A stretch of DNA of 63,579 bases, filler included, from Polymyxa betae A26-41 (GCA_003693705.1; 7 parts of 7 records of this genome joined end to end with filler, not necessarily neighbours in it), one strand, 5' to 3'. Numbered from the whole stretch's first letter, positions 37,144 through 50,423 are shown. The notes: generated by a model not told the origin, from the sequence alone. Made by a program: numbers and translations.

Positions 37144-37516
37144 ATTTTCCACATAACTAATGCATCAATCTCTCTATTTTACAGATTGTTTAATGGTCAT
37201 TATTTTTCTCGATAATGTAATAAATTCCACATATATTGTATAGTTTAATATATCGTATTGTGCTGCTGTTTTGATTCCAATCATGATGATTACAAAAGAA
37301 AAATGACTTCTGATTCTCTATCTGCTTTAAAGTGCAAATAACTGCATCGCTTCATTTTGGAATCCCTTCATTTTCCAATTAGTTGTCAGACGATACAGAC
37401 TGCCTAGCTGTCAATATAACTGAACCTTCATTGAGTGTCTGGTCAAAACTCAAAAGAGCTTATGCTCGTGATCCGAATCAGAAAAGACAATTTCTGAAGC
37501 CATCTTTGAAAAAAGA

Positions 37517-37598
37517 AGCCGTCGACGAGATTTGAACTCGCGCGGGCAGAACCCAGTAGATTTCGAATCTACCACCTTGACCACTCGGTCACAACGGC
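37517..37598 (-). tRNA. tRNA-Ser(CGA)
   Basis: 82-nt cloverleaf; anticodon arm GTAGA-TTCGAAA-TCTAC; long variable arm; T-arm GAGTTCAAATCTC; TTTTTT terminator. Confidence 0.93.
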
Positions 37599-37805
37599 AC
37601 TTCTCTGTTGTCGGACAGGATGGCTAAAGCAGGTAATGTTCCGGTCGTCATCAACATGAATCTTTAGGAAGTTTTGTTTTATGCAAAAGTTGTTATGTAA
37701 GTGACTGTTGAATTACTATACTTGATAGGAGTAATCATCTCTGGGGCGCATTTTATCATCTGTAATTTTGTGTCGCAGGAGGATGTCCGAATGATATTCA
37801 AATTT

Positions 37806-39017
37806 CGGTAAACTCTTTTTTCAGTCGACGGAAAACAGGCTGCGCTTCAGTCGACGGAGGCGCAGCCTGTTTTCCGTCACAAAGCACTCTATTCCTTCTC
37901 TTTTCTCTTTCTCTCCTCTATGACTAGATTCTGCCTGTTAGGTTCTCTCAGATTCTGTCTGTTAGGTTTTCTTTTTCTCATCTACGAATAGATTCTGTCT
38001 GTAAGCCTCGTTCTTACTTGCCAATGTGAAATCGAATGCGGAATTGGATCAACCGGCCGCAAGGCGACTCCCAGGTTGGAGATTTCCCAGTTTTAGAAGG
38101 GTCGAACGCGCGCTTGAAAAACAAGGGCCGAAAGAAGGCAGAGTTATAAAAATTTAATTTATTCCAGTTCTCTAAACGACCGATGGCTGTTGAAAAACCA
38201 CCCCCCTTTATCGTTTAGTGGTCAAAGATTTTTCCTTTTCATACATTCCACGTATCACTCAAGATACAGAAATGGACGTTGAGCAAACCCATCACGATTC
38301 AAGACTGAAAGCCTATCACCAAATCACGGTTCCTCATAGCCATGCTAACCGTTATACTCTGTTGTTAGGAGATTGCAAAGAACTCATCAATTTAGCAGTC
38401 AACGATACTCATTTTTTCCAGATTTGTCGCATGGCCATTGCAGATCTAATGGCCAAGCGTGGGATAGAATCATCCGACAAGGGTGTCTCTGTGATGGAAC
38501 CAGGTTTCGGGATAACACCATAAGAACTGCCAGAAAACTTCATGAAGTTTGTACAGCTTAAGAAAACTCCGCCAGTTAATGGCCAAGCGTGGGATAGAAT
38601 CATCCGACAACGATATCTCTGTGATGGAACCAGCGGCAGAAGGGGGAGGAATCAAAGCCCCGGAAAGGCGAAAACGTCAAGCGGGACGGCTGCCGATGAG
38701 TGAGCTTCAGAACATGTCAACAATCTCCATGCGAAACAAGAAACGATTACCAACATCATGCAAGGTTTGCGTTGCTAAGAACGCTGTCCCAACAGATAAT
38801 CACAGAGCAGGAAGCTCTCGGTGCCCCTTCACTGTAAACGGATAATAAAACAGAGGCGTCGCAAGAAGGGTACGAAAGGGAACGAGATAGATAGAGACCT
38901 CAGTACAGAGGAGCGAAAGGGATAGATGGCATATAGTGCTTTGTGACGGAAAACAGGCTGCGCCTCCGTCGACTGAAGCGCAGCCTGTTTTCCGTCTACT
39001 GAAAAAAAAGTTTACCG
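37806..39017. mobile_element. Non-autonomous Mutator-like element (MULE), 1212 bp
   Basis: ~85-bp TIRs (CGGTAAAC...GTTTACCG); perfect 9-bp TSD TTCAAATTT at 37797-37805 and 39018-39026. Internal ORF pieces resemble a MULE transposase C-terminus (KRQAGR...CKVC...NHRAGSSRCP). Confidence 0.9.
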
Positions 39018-39269
39018 TTCAAATTTAACATTGCTGTTTGCAAATTTTTCAAGAAACAACCGCATTTCAGAAAGCAGTCTGTGATTATATACGTTTTCGA
39101 TCGGTAAGCGTATTCTAACCGACTACCGCCGTTCGGGTTATGCTTCGGTCGGATACCGAGTGACCAAAAATCAGCTCAAAATTGCATCTTGAGAACACAA
39201 GCAATGAGTGCAATCGGATCATAATTGAAGGTGGAATTTTTAGTGATAGAGTTAAGGTCGCTGGTCTTG

Positions 39270-40112
39270 TTAGGCCTGGGGTTGATGGCTTCTGCGGCAT
39301 CGGTTGCCGTACTTACATCGCTTGCGGATGTGATCTCTACAAAGCTCTCGGCCTGCATCATCGTAGCAAATGCGGCGGCGTTTCGCATCGAGTTCGGCCG
39401 TGCGTTTCAGGCGTTCTTCTTCCTCAAAGTTGTATTCCAGAAGGACCTCATACTTACGAGGAGAACGTTCAACAGTCCCGCGCTTGCGCTTATCATACTC
39501 GTAAACCGCTCGCCATGGGTACCATTGGGAGCGGTTCAGAATAATAAGTTGATGGTTTAGCATGCCTCGAATATAGCTACGAGGCGCGCCATTCGAGAGG
39601 AGGATTTCGGTGACCGATGCGTGAATTTGAATCCAGATGAACAGGTCGGGGATCTTTGCGGTCTTGAGGACCAATCGTTCACCGCTTTTCAAGACGATGG
39701 TTTCGTCTGCAAAGGATGCGTCCGTTGCGGCGTAGAGCTCACCGTAATCGATGAGCTTCCAGTCTAGAATCTTGGCCTTAAAGTCAGCGGGAATAAACAA
39801 GAAAGCGTTGCTGACGAGGGTTGCGTTCTTGGCTAAGGCGAGCTCTTTCTTCAGAGCGTCGACTTGAGCCTGAAGTTCCTTCTCTTTTTCCAGAAAAGGC
39901 TCGATGATCGCCTCCATTTGGTTGTAGGAAGTCGGTAGAGGAAGAGAGTCGGACTCGGATTCATGATCCTGGTGAGAGGCGGAATCAGAATCGGAGGAGT
40001 CGTTAGGGGAGGAGGAGTCGTTGCTGTCCAATGCCTGTCTGTTGGCATTCCCCTTGGCCGAAGCTTTCGCCTTGGTACGAGGGTTCTTAGAACGAGCAGA
40101 GGCGGGAGCCAT
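39270..40112 (-). CDS. Ngaro/DIRS-type tyrosine-recombinase retrotransposon gag-like ORF1
   Basis: Intact 280 aa: KI...K.ID..EL, W..., YPWRAVYEYD..R and a terminal CCCH finger CRDHIRKRCKYGNRCRRSH. Confidence 0.65.
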   Translation of the reverse strand: MAPASARSKNPRTKAKASAKGNANRQALDSNDSSSPNDSSDSDSASHQDHESESDSLPLPTSYNQMEAIIEPFLEKEKELQAQVDALKKELALAKNATLVSNAFLFIPADFKAKILDWKLIDYGELYAATDASFADETIVLKSGERLVLKTAKIPDLFIWIQIHASVTEILLSNGAPRSYIRGMLNHQLIILNRSQWYPWRAVYEYDKRKRGTVERSPRKYEVLLEYNFEEEERLKRTAELDAKRRRICYDDAGRELCRDHIRKRCKYGNRCRRSHQPQA

Positions 40113-40463
40113 GCAATCGAGCGTACGAGATCAGACTAAATTTTTCTTTGAAAATAGTCCGGTCTCGGCTTTTACAGCAACGATACAATATACGAGGGAG
40201 ATCAAAACCAGGGATTGGAAACTAATAATTTCGCCTGATGAATAATTCTTATTCCCTCTGTAGAATTATTTATTGGCGGCTCAGGAATCAGAGAATGATT
40301 CAGTGTAGATGGATGGGTTTATTGAATTATTCTTTGCCAATGTAAAGGGGCGGGTACGCTATTNNNNNNNNNNNNNNNNNNNNNNNNNNNNNNNNNNNNN
40401 NNNNNNNTTAATTAATTAANNNNNNNNNNNNNNNNNNNNNNNNNNNNNNNNNNNNNNNNNNNN

Positions 40464-43400
40464 TGATCAAAGCCTCGGCTGACGACGGAATCTTGGATAT
40501 TGAGGAGTTGTTCAAAAATGGATTAGTCATGGACCTAGGGATCGCCGATCCTAAAGCTCGTGTTTTCAAGCTATTCCAGGATTTTGATGATCTGGTCGAT
40601 ACACACGGGTTGGACAAGGTGTTCAGCGGAGATGGCGAGAAACTAGCTGTCAAACAGTTGTTGGCTGCGATTCGACCAACATCTCTGCGTGACTTCATTG
40701 AGAAGGAGATCAAGTTTACGAGCCGTGATTCGAAGACGAATGTGTCGTCGTTTTACAAGCTTGTCCAGAAGCATGCTCTCAATCAAGAACAATTTCATGT
40801 CGCTAGGAAGAAAACCACCGCTATGGGCAAGAACGACCCAAAGCCGAACCGTCCTTCTACGGGAAAGAGCGGATCAGGTTTTTCCCAGGTTTTACGTTCT
40901 CCTTCGGGAACGGCTAACCAGAATCAACGCTCCAATAGACAATCGAGTAATGCCACAGCTGAGGTGTCAAAAGAGTCGAAGGAGCGCAAGCCACCCAAAT
41001 CGGGATGTCTGAAGTGCAAGGGCGACCATTGGCTCAAGGATTGCCCTCAGAAACCGACTGCCACCGAACAAGCGGAGCTGATTGCAGCGCTGTCCGAGCG
41101 GAAGTTCCGTTCTGGAAAAACAACCGATAAATCTGGTGATGTCAACGCGATGAAGGGACAATTGCAAAAAGTCGAAGTCTGCGTCGGAGATCTTACGACA
41201 TCAGCAGTGTTTGATAGTGGAGCTGATCGAACAATCGTTCCGCGATCTTTGATGAATTCTCTGAAAGCTTTGGGATGGAAGGAGACGCTGCTTGAAGAAC
41301 CTGTCAGGATCAAGTCGGCGATCGTAACGCCTACGAATCCCATGGCTGGAGGCATTGTGAGGTCAACTGTAACGTTACCTATTGAGATCAGGTCTGTCGC
41401 TGGCCAAGTTCGAATCCCCAAGGCAGTGTGCTGGATTATTGACAGCTCTATGGATTACATTCTGATAGGATTACCGGTGCTCGACGTGTTAGGAATTGAT
41501 CCGAATTCGAGTCTGGAGAAGCTGTTGAGAGAACAAGATAATATAGGGGACGAAATTGAGGATCTGAACGTTGAGCAGAATGAGGATCTAACACAGATTA
41601 TTGGACGGCAGGATGATGAGGAATTGGAATCGGCCCTGCAGAACGTGTTGCTGTTAGCGGAAAGGGAAAACGCTACAGAATTGATGATTTCGAAACTGAG
41701 AGAGTTAATTTCAGAGTTTAAGGATATTTTCCGGACGAAGCTGGGGAAAGACCCGCCAGCTCGGATTACGCCAATGAAGATTCGCATCAAACAGATGCTG
41801 AGCTGCCGAGGGCGCGAGCGAGACGTTATCCGCCCCACCACAGGGCGTTTCTTTCTGAATTGTGTCGGAGCTGGAACGGAACGGGTTCGTGCGACGGAAC
41901 CCGAATGCATGCTGTTCCTCTCCCGCGCTGGTTGTCGCGAAGCCAGGCAAACGGGGCTACCGCATGACCGTGGATTTGCGTGCTGTGAGCGCGATCACGA
42001 TCCCGTCTTCGTGGCCGATGCCTATATTCGAGGTGGTTATGGCTCATCTATCTGGAGCCGCCAGGTTCGCGGTTCTGGATGCTTTCAAAGGTTACTGGCA
42101 GTTCCCAGTGGACCCTGATTGCCAGGAGTACCTCTCGTTTATGACGCATGATGGTGTTTTCACATCGGATCGTGTTATTCAAGGAAGTACTGACGCAGTG
42201 GGACATTTTCAGGCCGGAATGCAGGAAGCTATTGGGGATGAGTTACTCTATAGTTCGGTTCTGATATGGATTGACGACCTGCTGGTTAAAGCGAAATCTG
42301 ACGAAGATTTAGTGCAGGCCCTACGAAAGGTCTTCGAACGCTTTACGCTTATTTGGGATTAAGCTGAATGCGACGCGGTGCGTGTTGTACACGACCGAGG
42401 CAAAGTGGTGTGGCCGTACGATATCGGAACGTGGAGTGGCTTATGACAAGGCCATGATCGATGGTTTGGTGGCCTTACCGCCGCCGGCGACCGCAGCGGA
42501 TCTGCAGAAGTTCGTCTGTGGATTGAGCTGGATGCGAACGTCGATCCCGAAGTTCTCGACAATCGTCGCGCCGCTGCAGGATCTACTAAAGCATTGTATG
42601 CAGTTAGCGAATTCGAGCACACGAAAAGCTCTATCGACCATACCGTTAACTCCCGCTGGATTTTCCGAGAAGCATGCTTGTTGTTTCGAGGATTGTAAGG
42701 ATGTGATCGCGAAGGCTGTGACCTTGGCGCATCCTAAAGATGACACGATGTTTTGTTTGTTTGTTGACGCCAGCAAAGATCACTGGGGTATCATGCTGAC
42801 ACAAACAGATCCGGAGATGCTGAAGAAGAGGGATATCGCCGACCAGGGGCACGAACCTTTGGCCTTTCTTAGTGGTACGTTTTGAGGCGCTCAGCAGAGA
42901 TGGGCCATCATTGAGAAAGAAGCCTTTCCCTTTATGGAGGCTACGATTCGCCTGAAGCCTTTCTTATTAAGGGACAAAGGGTTCACGATTTTCACTGACC
43001 ATAGGAATTTGGTCTATATATTCGACCCGGAACGCTGAGCTGTGAATGAAGCGAAGCACACCAGCGATCGGCTGGAGAGGTGGACCTGGAGATTAAGTCC
43101 TTTTCGGTACATGATTTACCATATTTCTGGAGAGACTAACATTTGGGCTGATATTCTGAGCCGTTGGAAGTCGCCTGTTGTCTCTGTGAATTCTTTTCAG
43201 GCCGGAGAGAAGCCTGGAATGACGTTTCGGCCAGGCCTAGTCTGGAAGGACTGGAAGAATGCGGTCTGGCCAACGCTGGAATCTATTCGAGCGTCTCAGC
43301 TGGAGATGTTAGATAGTCTGGAAGAGGCGACCAAGTCTCGTCTGTCGGTTGATGAAGATTCGGGTCTCTATACGGATGAAGAAGGCCGCGCATGGGTGCC

Positions 43401-44889
43401 GACTGAGCATCTGAGGGTTCGTTTAAGTAGTGTAGCCCACTGTGCTAGCGCTGGACATCGTGGTGTCGATGCCACGTTGATGGAGATCGGAAACCGTTTC
43501 TGGTGGCCAACAATGTCGCGGGACGTCGAGCTGTTCCAATGTTTGAACTGTCTGGTTATCAAGGATAAGGTTATCGCGAGACCGCATGGACATGCCATTC
43601 ATGCTGCGAAACCTAACCAGGTCATTCATTATGATTTTCTGTTCATTTCGAAGCCACCGAAATCAGCTACACATTCTTTCAAGTATGTCTTAGTTTTGAT
43701 GGATGATTTCTCCGGGTTTAAGGAGCTTGTTCCTGCTGTCGAAGCAGAACATTCTGTGGTTGTGAAGGCGCTGCTTCAATGGTTTATGCGCTTTGGAGTT
43801 GTGCCTATTCATGTATCTGATCGTGGATCACATTTCAAGAATAAGGTGATTGAGGATTTGGAACGAATCCTTGAGACCAAGCATCATTTCTGTCTGCCAA
43901 ATTTGCATTGGCCAATGGCACGATTGAAAGCCAGAATCGAGAAGTCCTCTTTGTGCTGCGAGCGTTAACATCTGAATTCCTGTTGAGCTTTTCGGATTGG
44001 CCCCACGTCTTGCCGATGGCTAATTGGGCTTTGAACCATGCGTTTCAGGGTATTCATGGCTATGCACCTGTTACTATCTTTACGGGTTTGCCGCCAAGTA
44101 GACCTCTGGATTGTGTCTACAATTCAGGAGCCAAAGTCGTGTCTACGTTGGCGAAGTCTTCTATTTCTGCAGATGCTTTGGAGTCAATGATGAAGCGACT
44201 TGATAGTGAGCTATCTTCTATGCCGGAGAAAGTCGCGAAGGTCAAAGACGAGCGTCGTGAGAAGGACTCTCGCCGTAAGCAAGGTGTCTTACCGAATTTC
44301 AATATCGGTGATTTCGTTCTGGTCGCACGCGAACCAACTCGGTCGCACGACAAGTTGAGTGTTTGGTGGAGAGGACCTTACCGCGTTGTGGGGTTTATCT
44401 CTGATTGGATCTACATGGTTGAGGATTTGATCGATGGGACTCGGCTGGAAGTCCATGTTACACGTCTTAAGTTGTATTCTGACAGTTCTTTGAATGTCAG
44501 TTCTGTTCTCGTTGAAGCGATACTTCATCAGAAAGGAGCATATGAAATCGATCGTATTGTCGATGTTCGTTGCAATGAGTTTGAATCTCGTTTCGAGATT
44601 CATGTTGAATGGCGAGGATTCGCCAAGGAAGAGTCTACTGGGAACCGCTATCTGTTATCTACGCGGACGCACCTCAAGTTGTTCTTGCGTTCTTCTCTGA
44701 ACGTAAAGATGCTGTTAGCCGCAAGGCATTTGCCTCTCTTCAGGCGGACTGGGGAATGTAGAATTTTTATGAAATCTCTTTCTTATTTTTGCTGTGACTA
44801 TCTTTATTTTTTCTTGGGTCGATCACCAGTACCCTAATAAATAAAATGACTTCTGCTTTTACATATCTAGCTAGTGTGAGCCTGCTACA
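40464..44889 (+). mobile_element. Ty3/Gypsy chromodomain retrotransposon, family A copy 1; 3' LTR 44757-44889
   Basis: Gag CLKCKGDHWLKDC, protease FDSGAD, RT WIDD, RNase H FVDAS, integrase zinc finger and core, GPY motif, chromodomain VEWRGF. Purine tract then TGTAG...CTACA LTR with AATAAA. Multiple frameshifts and stops. Confidence 0.95.
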
Positions 44890-45369
44890 ATGTGTTCATC
44901 TAATTCCCAATTCGCGATGTAGCATAAATTGTCTGGATGAAACAGTGCGCGAAGAGGGATTGCATTCCCTGAAGCGATCATCCGAAGATAGTAATCATTC
45001 GCTTAGACGTACCATGCGGCATGTTCAGCACGGGAATTGCCGTTNNNNNNNNNNNNNNNNNNNNNNNNNNNNNNNNNCGATCATGTTGACCGTTATCAGC
45101 GGCTGAATTACCAGGCTGTTGTTCACCTCCGTTATCGGCCGAATTTTGCGCCGACTGGTTCTCCACACTGTCTGTCATATTCACCATGTCCACCAGAGTA
45201 TATCAGTTCTTGAAATGGCAAATAAATGCAGCTAAAGATATCTTTGTAGCAAGTCTACTAAATTGATGTTACAGTTGTAATGAAAAATGCAGAATGAATA
45301 TATTAGATGGATTTCAAGCCCTTATATATCACTAAGATCGGAGGTTAGTCAAATATTGCGTATATATTG

Positions 45370-46140
45370 ACACAAATACACAACAGGTCAGAATCCAGTC
45401 ACACGCCTTGTTGACATGGATGGGCTTGTTGATCGAAACTGGAAGCCCTCGAAGGGACTGTCAGCGAGCTTTTAAGATGCCGTTACCGTGTTCTAAGACA
45501 GCACGCCCGCTAGACAAACGTCTATTAAACTCCTGATTTTCAGAAATTGAGGCAGCGGGCTGCCGGTACGGCAGCACAATGAAACTCGTCATGCGAAAGC
45601 CGGAATTTTTAAATTGATATTGACCTGTTGAGAAAACCGCTTCTTATGAACGTTTGTCGATTCCCATAAATGTTGAATCATGCGCTGATCCAGGCCAACC
45701 AGCTATCGCATTCGCATACCGGATACGACGATTATGATCGAACGTCAACAGTACGTTCATTGAATAGCGGCATTTGCGGTTGTAATACACTTCGCCATCT
45801 AAGCCGGGTTTTTGGTGGAGAACAACATGTGTCCCATCAATCGATAGAATGCACCCTTTGAACCCGTAAAGGCGGTGATTGTAAGAGCTTAAAGATTTAC
45901 GCTCCATATCATCTGGCCATAAAATGTAGGAATGCTGGAGAGAGAGAGCAAGGCTACCAGAATGCGGTCAGTATACTTGACAACACTGCCATATCCAACT
46001 CCTTTGGAACGAGCCAGCATTCCAATTGCGGAGCCGTTTCCGTAATGTCCCAAACGATGAACGCACACGCCAACTGAATCCAAACCGCTCGCTGGGGATG
46101 GGCAGATTCATTTTGGAATATAGGATGTCGTTTGAATTTG
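45370..46140 (-). pseudogene. Degenerate Harbinger transposase fragment
   Basis: GFKGCILSIDGTHV...YYNRKCRYSMNV...GWPGSAHDS; HRLGHYGNG. Confidence 0.85.
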
Positions 46141-46524
46141 CTCGTTGAATAATCTATCTTGCTAACGTAGTCGCTTTCTTGCGGATTTTACCTGCAATTT
46201 GCTTCAATATGTACATGCACTGATTTCTTCTGTTGACCAGATAAAAGAATTCTGTTTGCTTTCTCTTATTTTACCCATTTTTATAGGCACGAGTCGAGTG
46301 TCACGATTGCGTGCAGGCGCAACCGCTTCCTTCAGGAACTGCATTCTTGTGACTACATGATAATACAGAGCCGGTGCAACACGACCGAACTGGGGCCAGC
46401 TCAGTTCGGTCAGCGCCGTTCTTGAATCAACTTTCTCGTCTCGTTTCGTCTTAGTCTCGCCTCTCGCCGCCACTCATCCTGTTCTTCTTTCCCTCTTATC
46501 TTATTATTCTTACACCTTATTTTA

Positions 46525-48428
46525 GAGTGCGTTTGGTAACACTTCAAAACGGCCGTTTTTCCTCCGAACGAAACGGCCGTTTTGTTCCGGAACGGCCGTT
46601 TTGCGCAATTTTGACGTTTGGTAACCAAATGGAGCTCCGTTTTCGGAAAACGGGACAAAACGGCCGTTTTGAAAACGGAGGTCTGACCTCCGTTTTGGCT
46701 CCGTTTTCAAAATTTGGCGCAAATAAATATCCAATTTTCTGCATTTTTTCTATGGATTGATCTGTTATCGTAGCTTTAGCTGCTGTTATCTGGTATGCAG
46801 CCGCTTTCATATTGAAGGAGCCATGTCGCACGTCTTCTTTGACTGGGCAAGCGGGGGTCGAAGAGCTGATCAAAGGGAACCCTCGACGTTTTCGAGAGAA
46901 CCTTCGGATGACGAAATCTACCTATTTCTCAATCCGAGAAGTATTGCTGACCAAGGAGCTTCTCCAAGACAGCCGATATGTTTCTGTTGATGAGAAACTC
47001 TGTATATTTCTGTACATTATTGGACAGAACGCCACGAATCGAAACTGTCAAGAGCGTTTTCAACGTAGCGGCTGGACGATAAATAAGTAATAAATCTATG
47101 CAATTCATTAATATGGTCTTTTAATGAAATTCAGGTACTTTTACGAGGTTCTCAATGCCACTGTCGCATTGGGACCCGATGCGATTCATCTTCCTGGCAT
47201 TGGCATTGTGCCAGATAAAATCCAGGATGATCCCCGGTTCTTTCCTTATTTCAAAGACTGTGTTGGAGCCTTGGACGGAACACATATTCCAGCAAAGCCC
47301 CAGAAGGGATGTGCCCATCCTTTTCGGAATCGCAAAGGGCATTACAACCAGAATGTTCTGGCTGAATGCTCATTCGATTTGAAATTTGTTTTTTTCTTGG
47401 CTGGATGGGAAGGATCGGCTTCCGATGCTGATGTTCTTGTCGACGCGCTGTCCAAGGGATTTGTTATTCCTCAAGGAAAAAAGCTGGGTATGGCTTGGAT
47501 CACAATTGCCTAATTAACGCCCTATCGTGGTGTGCGATACCACCTACGTGAATGGGCGCTATGCAATCAAGAGCCTCAAAATGCCAAGGAATTGTTCAAC
47601 CTGAGGTACGCCAGCCTTAGGAACGCGATCGGGAGAATATTTGGCGTTTTGAAAAAGCGGTTCCCGATTCTGACAGCAGCTCCTGAATATCCATTTGACG
47701 CTCAGGTAGTGTTGGAATGGGTCTGCGTTCTGCTGTACATATGTAATTGTAATTATGGATAGGTTAAACTGGCTCCACAGCCTGATTCTGAATCGCGAAC
47801 AAGATGTTTATTTTTGGAACCGAGCTGCTCGTGAGCGTGCACAGCGCATGATTCGATTTGGTCGAGCTCGCCGACAGGAACGTGCTGCAAGATCCGTAAT
47901 AGTAGACGGAAACATAAAGAGAAAGAGAGATGCTATTGCCAAACAGATGTGGGAGGACTACATCGGTTACAAGCAAAATCAATAAAATCTCAAGGAAAAT
48001 GTATTGAAATCAAGTAGTTGACAGCACCGAAATCTTCTCTACTAAAACAAGTTGCCCGGCCCTGGATTATCTACAATTTCTATAAGCCTGATCTGTCGAC
48101 GGATCCAAGCATCTCGGGCAGGACCGGCGCCAATACCAACAAAGATAAAAGCTTTGTTCGGTGCAGAGAGCACATCGTAGCCGATGGCAAGCTCTTCAGG
48201 ATCGAGGACATCTCCGTAGCTGGAGTTTAGAAGATCAATCGCCTTCGAGATGTGGGAGAGATCAGGGTTGGTCTTGTTCGTTTGCGCCTCTACTAGTCGG
48301 TCCAAGGATTGTGCAAGTAGAAGTCCAGCACTTCGTGGAATAGATGTGGAGCGCGGGGGTTTTCCTCCAGCTGATGCACGTTTTCGCTTCTTCGGTCGAG
48401 GAGATTCCGATGATGAGTCATCATCGGA
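46525..48428. mobile_element. PIF/Harbinger element (right end lost in gap)
   Basis: TTA followed by TIR GAGTGCGTTTGGTAAC. Plus-strand transposase 46812-47985 (FKDCVGALDGTHI, AGWEGSASD, FNLRYASLRN). Convergent ORF1 C-terminus at 48042-48428. Confidence 0.9.
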
Positions 48429-48528
48429 NNNNNNNNNNNNNNNNNNNNNNNNNNNNNNNNNNNNNNNNNNNNTTAATTAATTAANNNNNNNNNNNNNNNN
48501 NNNNNNNNNNNNNNNNNNNNNNNNNNNN

Positions 48529-50423
48529 AACCGCCATATTGCGACACGCATGAAATTTTTTTTGCGTGTCACTTAATTCTTTTTCGTCTCTTGATCTCGT
48601 CGTCGTTCGGGTGATTTCGTCGTCGTAGTAGACCCTAAAGTTGGCTATTTTGTTCGCGCCGAGCTTTTCCCCGCACCATATCTCATCTTATCGTTTCGGT
48701 GTTGACATTGCAATGTACTGTCCACGATCTGGGAAGCCGGACGGGCAGTGTGTGACCGATTGCCCCTCCAGCCAACCTTTGATCCAGCAGACGATCAAAG
48801 AACAGCTGATACAACTGGCTGGTTCCAAGATCGGTCCAGAAAAACGCCGACGTTTCTGACGCCCTGCTACGACGATCAATCCAGTTCTGTCACGTCACAA
48901 GAATTGCTGTTCCCATACCCAAAATATAAGATTGCTTATTATTTGCTTGCAACTGCTGACGGTGCCTTAATCGTCGAAGGGATACCTTTTGCCGAGTTTC
49001 CTTTTAACCTTGGCAAGGGCGGCAAGAAACGTTTATGGCTTATCGGGCAAGAGAGAGACGAATCTGCATCAGATAATCATTATTTATCAGAAAATGACTT
49101 TAACGATGTCTCAAGAACTGACGTCGACGCTGATACTACAGAGGGAATCACTATCACCAACCTTCTTCCAATTACGCAATCAAATAACTGGAACGAATTC
49201 TCATTTTCGCGTTTATCATGCCCAGCATTCGGTGATACGACTTCTCTAAAATTAGAGGAAATTTATGATCTTCATCGATTACGAAAATCTTTCAACAGCA
49301 TCAATGCAATCTGATCTTCCAACTGCTGAGTATCTCATAAAACCGGCCATTAGTGCCACATATCACTTTTTTCGGATCAAAACCCTAACCCTAACGATTG
49401 TGGCAACGAAGATTTACGCGATTTGCCAGCGTCACGCTCAATATTATCCCAACCCCGACAATGTTCTGAGGAGGAGGACTCACTCTCAAAGGGCAATGAA
49501 TCTGAGAACGATGAAATTGACGCCGCAAACGTTATTTTGAAAATAGGGGGCCAGACGGACCGGTGTCACAGTTGACATTGCTGCCAGTTTGAAACCCATT
49601 ATTCAGGATCAGTCATCCTCAGTTAAACGCAAACGTTAACGCTGTGAGACACTCGTTACGACAAAACGCAAAGACCACACACTTAACAATCAATTATCGA
49701 CGCGCCGTAAACCTGCGATGGCTAGAGACGCACGCAAGGATCAAATAGAAAAACAAAGTTTAATGTAACAAAAAACCTTAACAATATCAATAAACGTCAA
49801 TTTGAATCTTTAAATTCTCAAGATTGCAAGCATAACAATATTTACAGGTCGATCATGAGTGGCAGCAAGGCATCACGATGTTCACGTAAATGTAATATGC
49901 ATGAGCCATATTTTCCATTGTTGGTGGAAACAGACCGACGACTGTGAGAGCAGCTGTGAAAACCGGACGGTCGCGATCCGTATTCAAAAGATTGCCAAGA
50001 TCAATAATTGCAGATGATAAACAATGTCCGTTAAAGGAACGTTGCGCTTGATAAGATTTCTAACATCGCTGATCCATTCAGAGCTTCTCTCAAAAGCCGA
50101 ACAATTGGTCGATCAAATCCATGGGTTTTATCCATCGCTGTAGGGTTCAGATAGAGATATCTGTGTTATAGTGTAGTCTAAGGCTTTCCACAATCTCTTC
50201 GTTGTTCTGACCAGCTTCAAGTTGATGCTGGATGAAGCCAAGTAGCTGCTGTGTCGGCATTGAGAGCTAAGGGGCAGATGGCGTCTCCCGGGACGGCGAG
50301 ATATTCAGATGTAAGTGTATCGCTAAGCACAACGACGACGAGATAATCAGACGAAAAAAAATTAGGTGACACGCAAAAAGAAAATAATGAGTGTCGCAAT
50401 ATGGTGGTTCTCGCATTCCGTAG
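48529..50423. mobile_element. TIR DNA element without recognisable transposase
   Basis: 48529-48607 is an imperfect inverted repeat of 50331-50409 (CCATATTGCGACAC...TTTGCGTGTCAC...TCTCGTCGTCGTT). Left tip lost in gap; superfamily unresolved. Confidence 0.7.
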
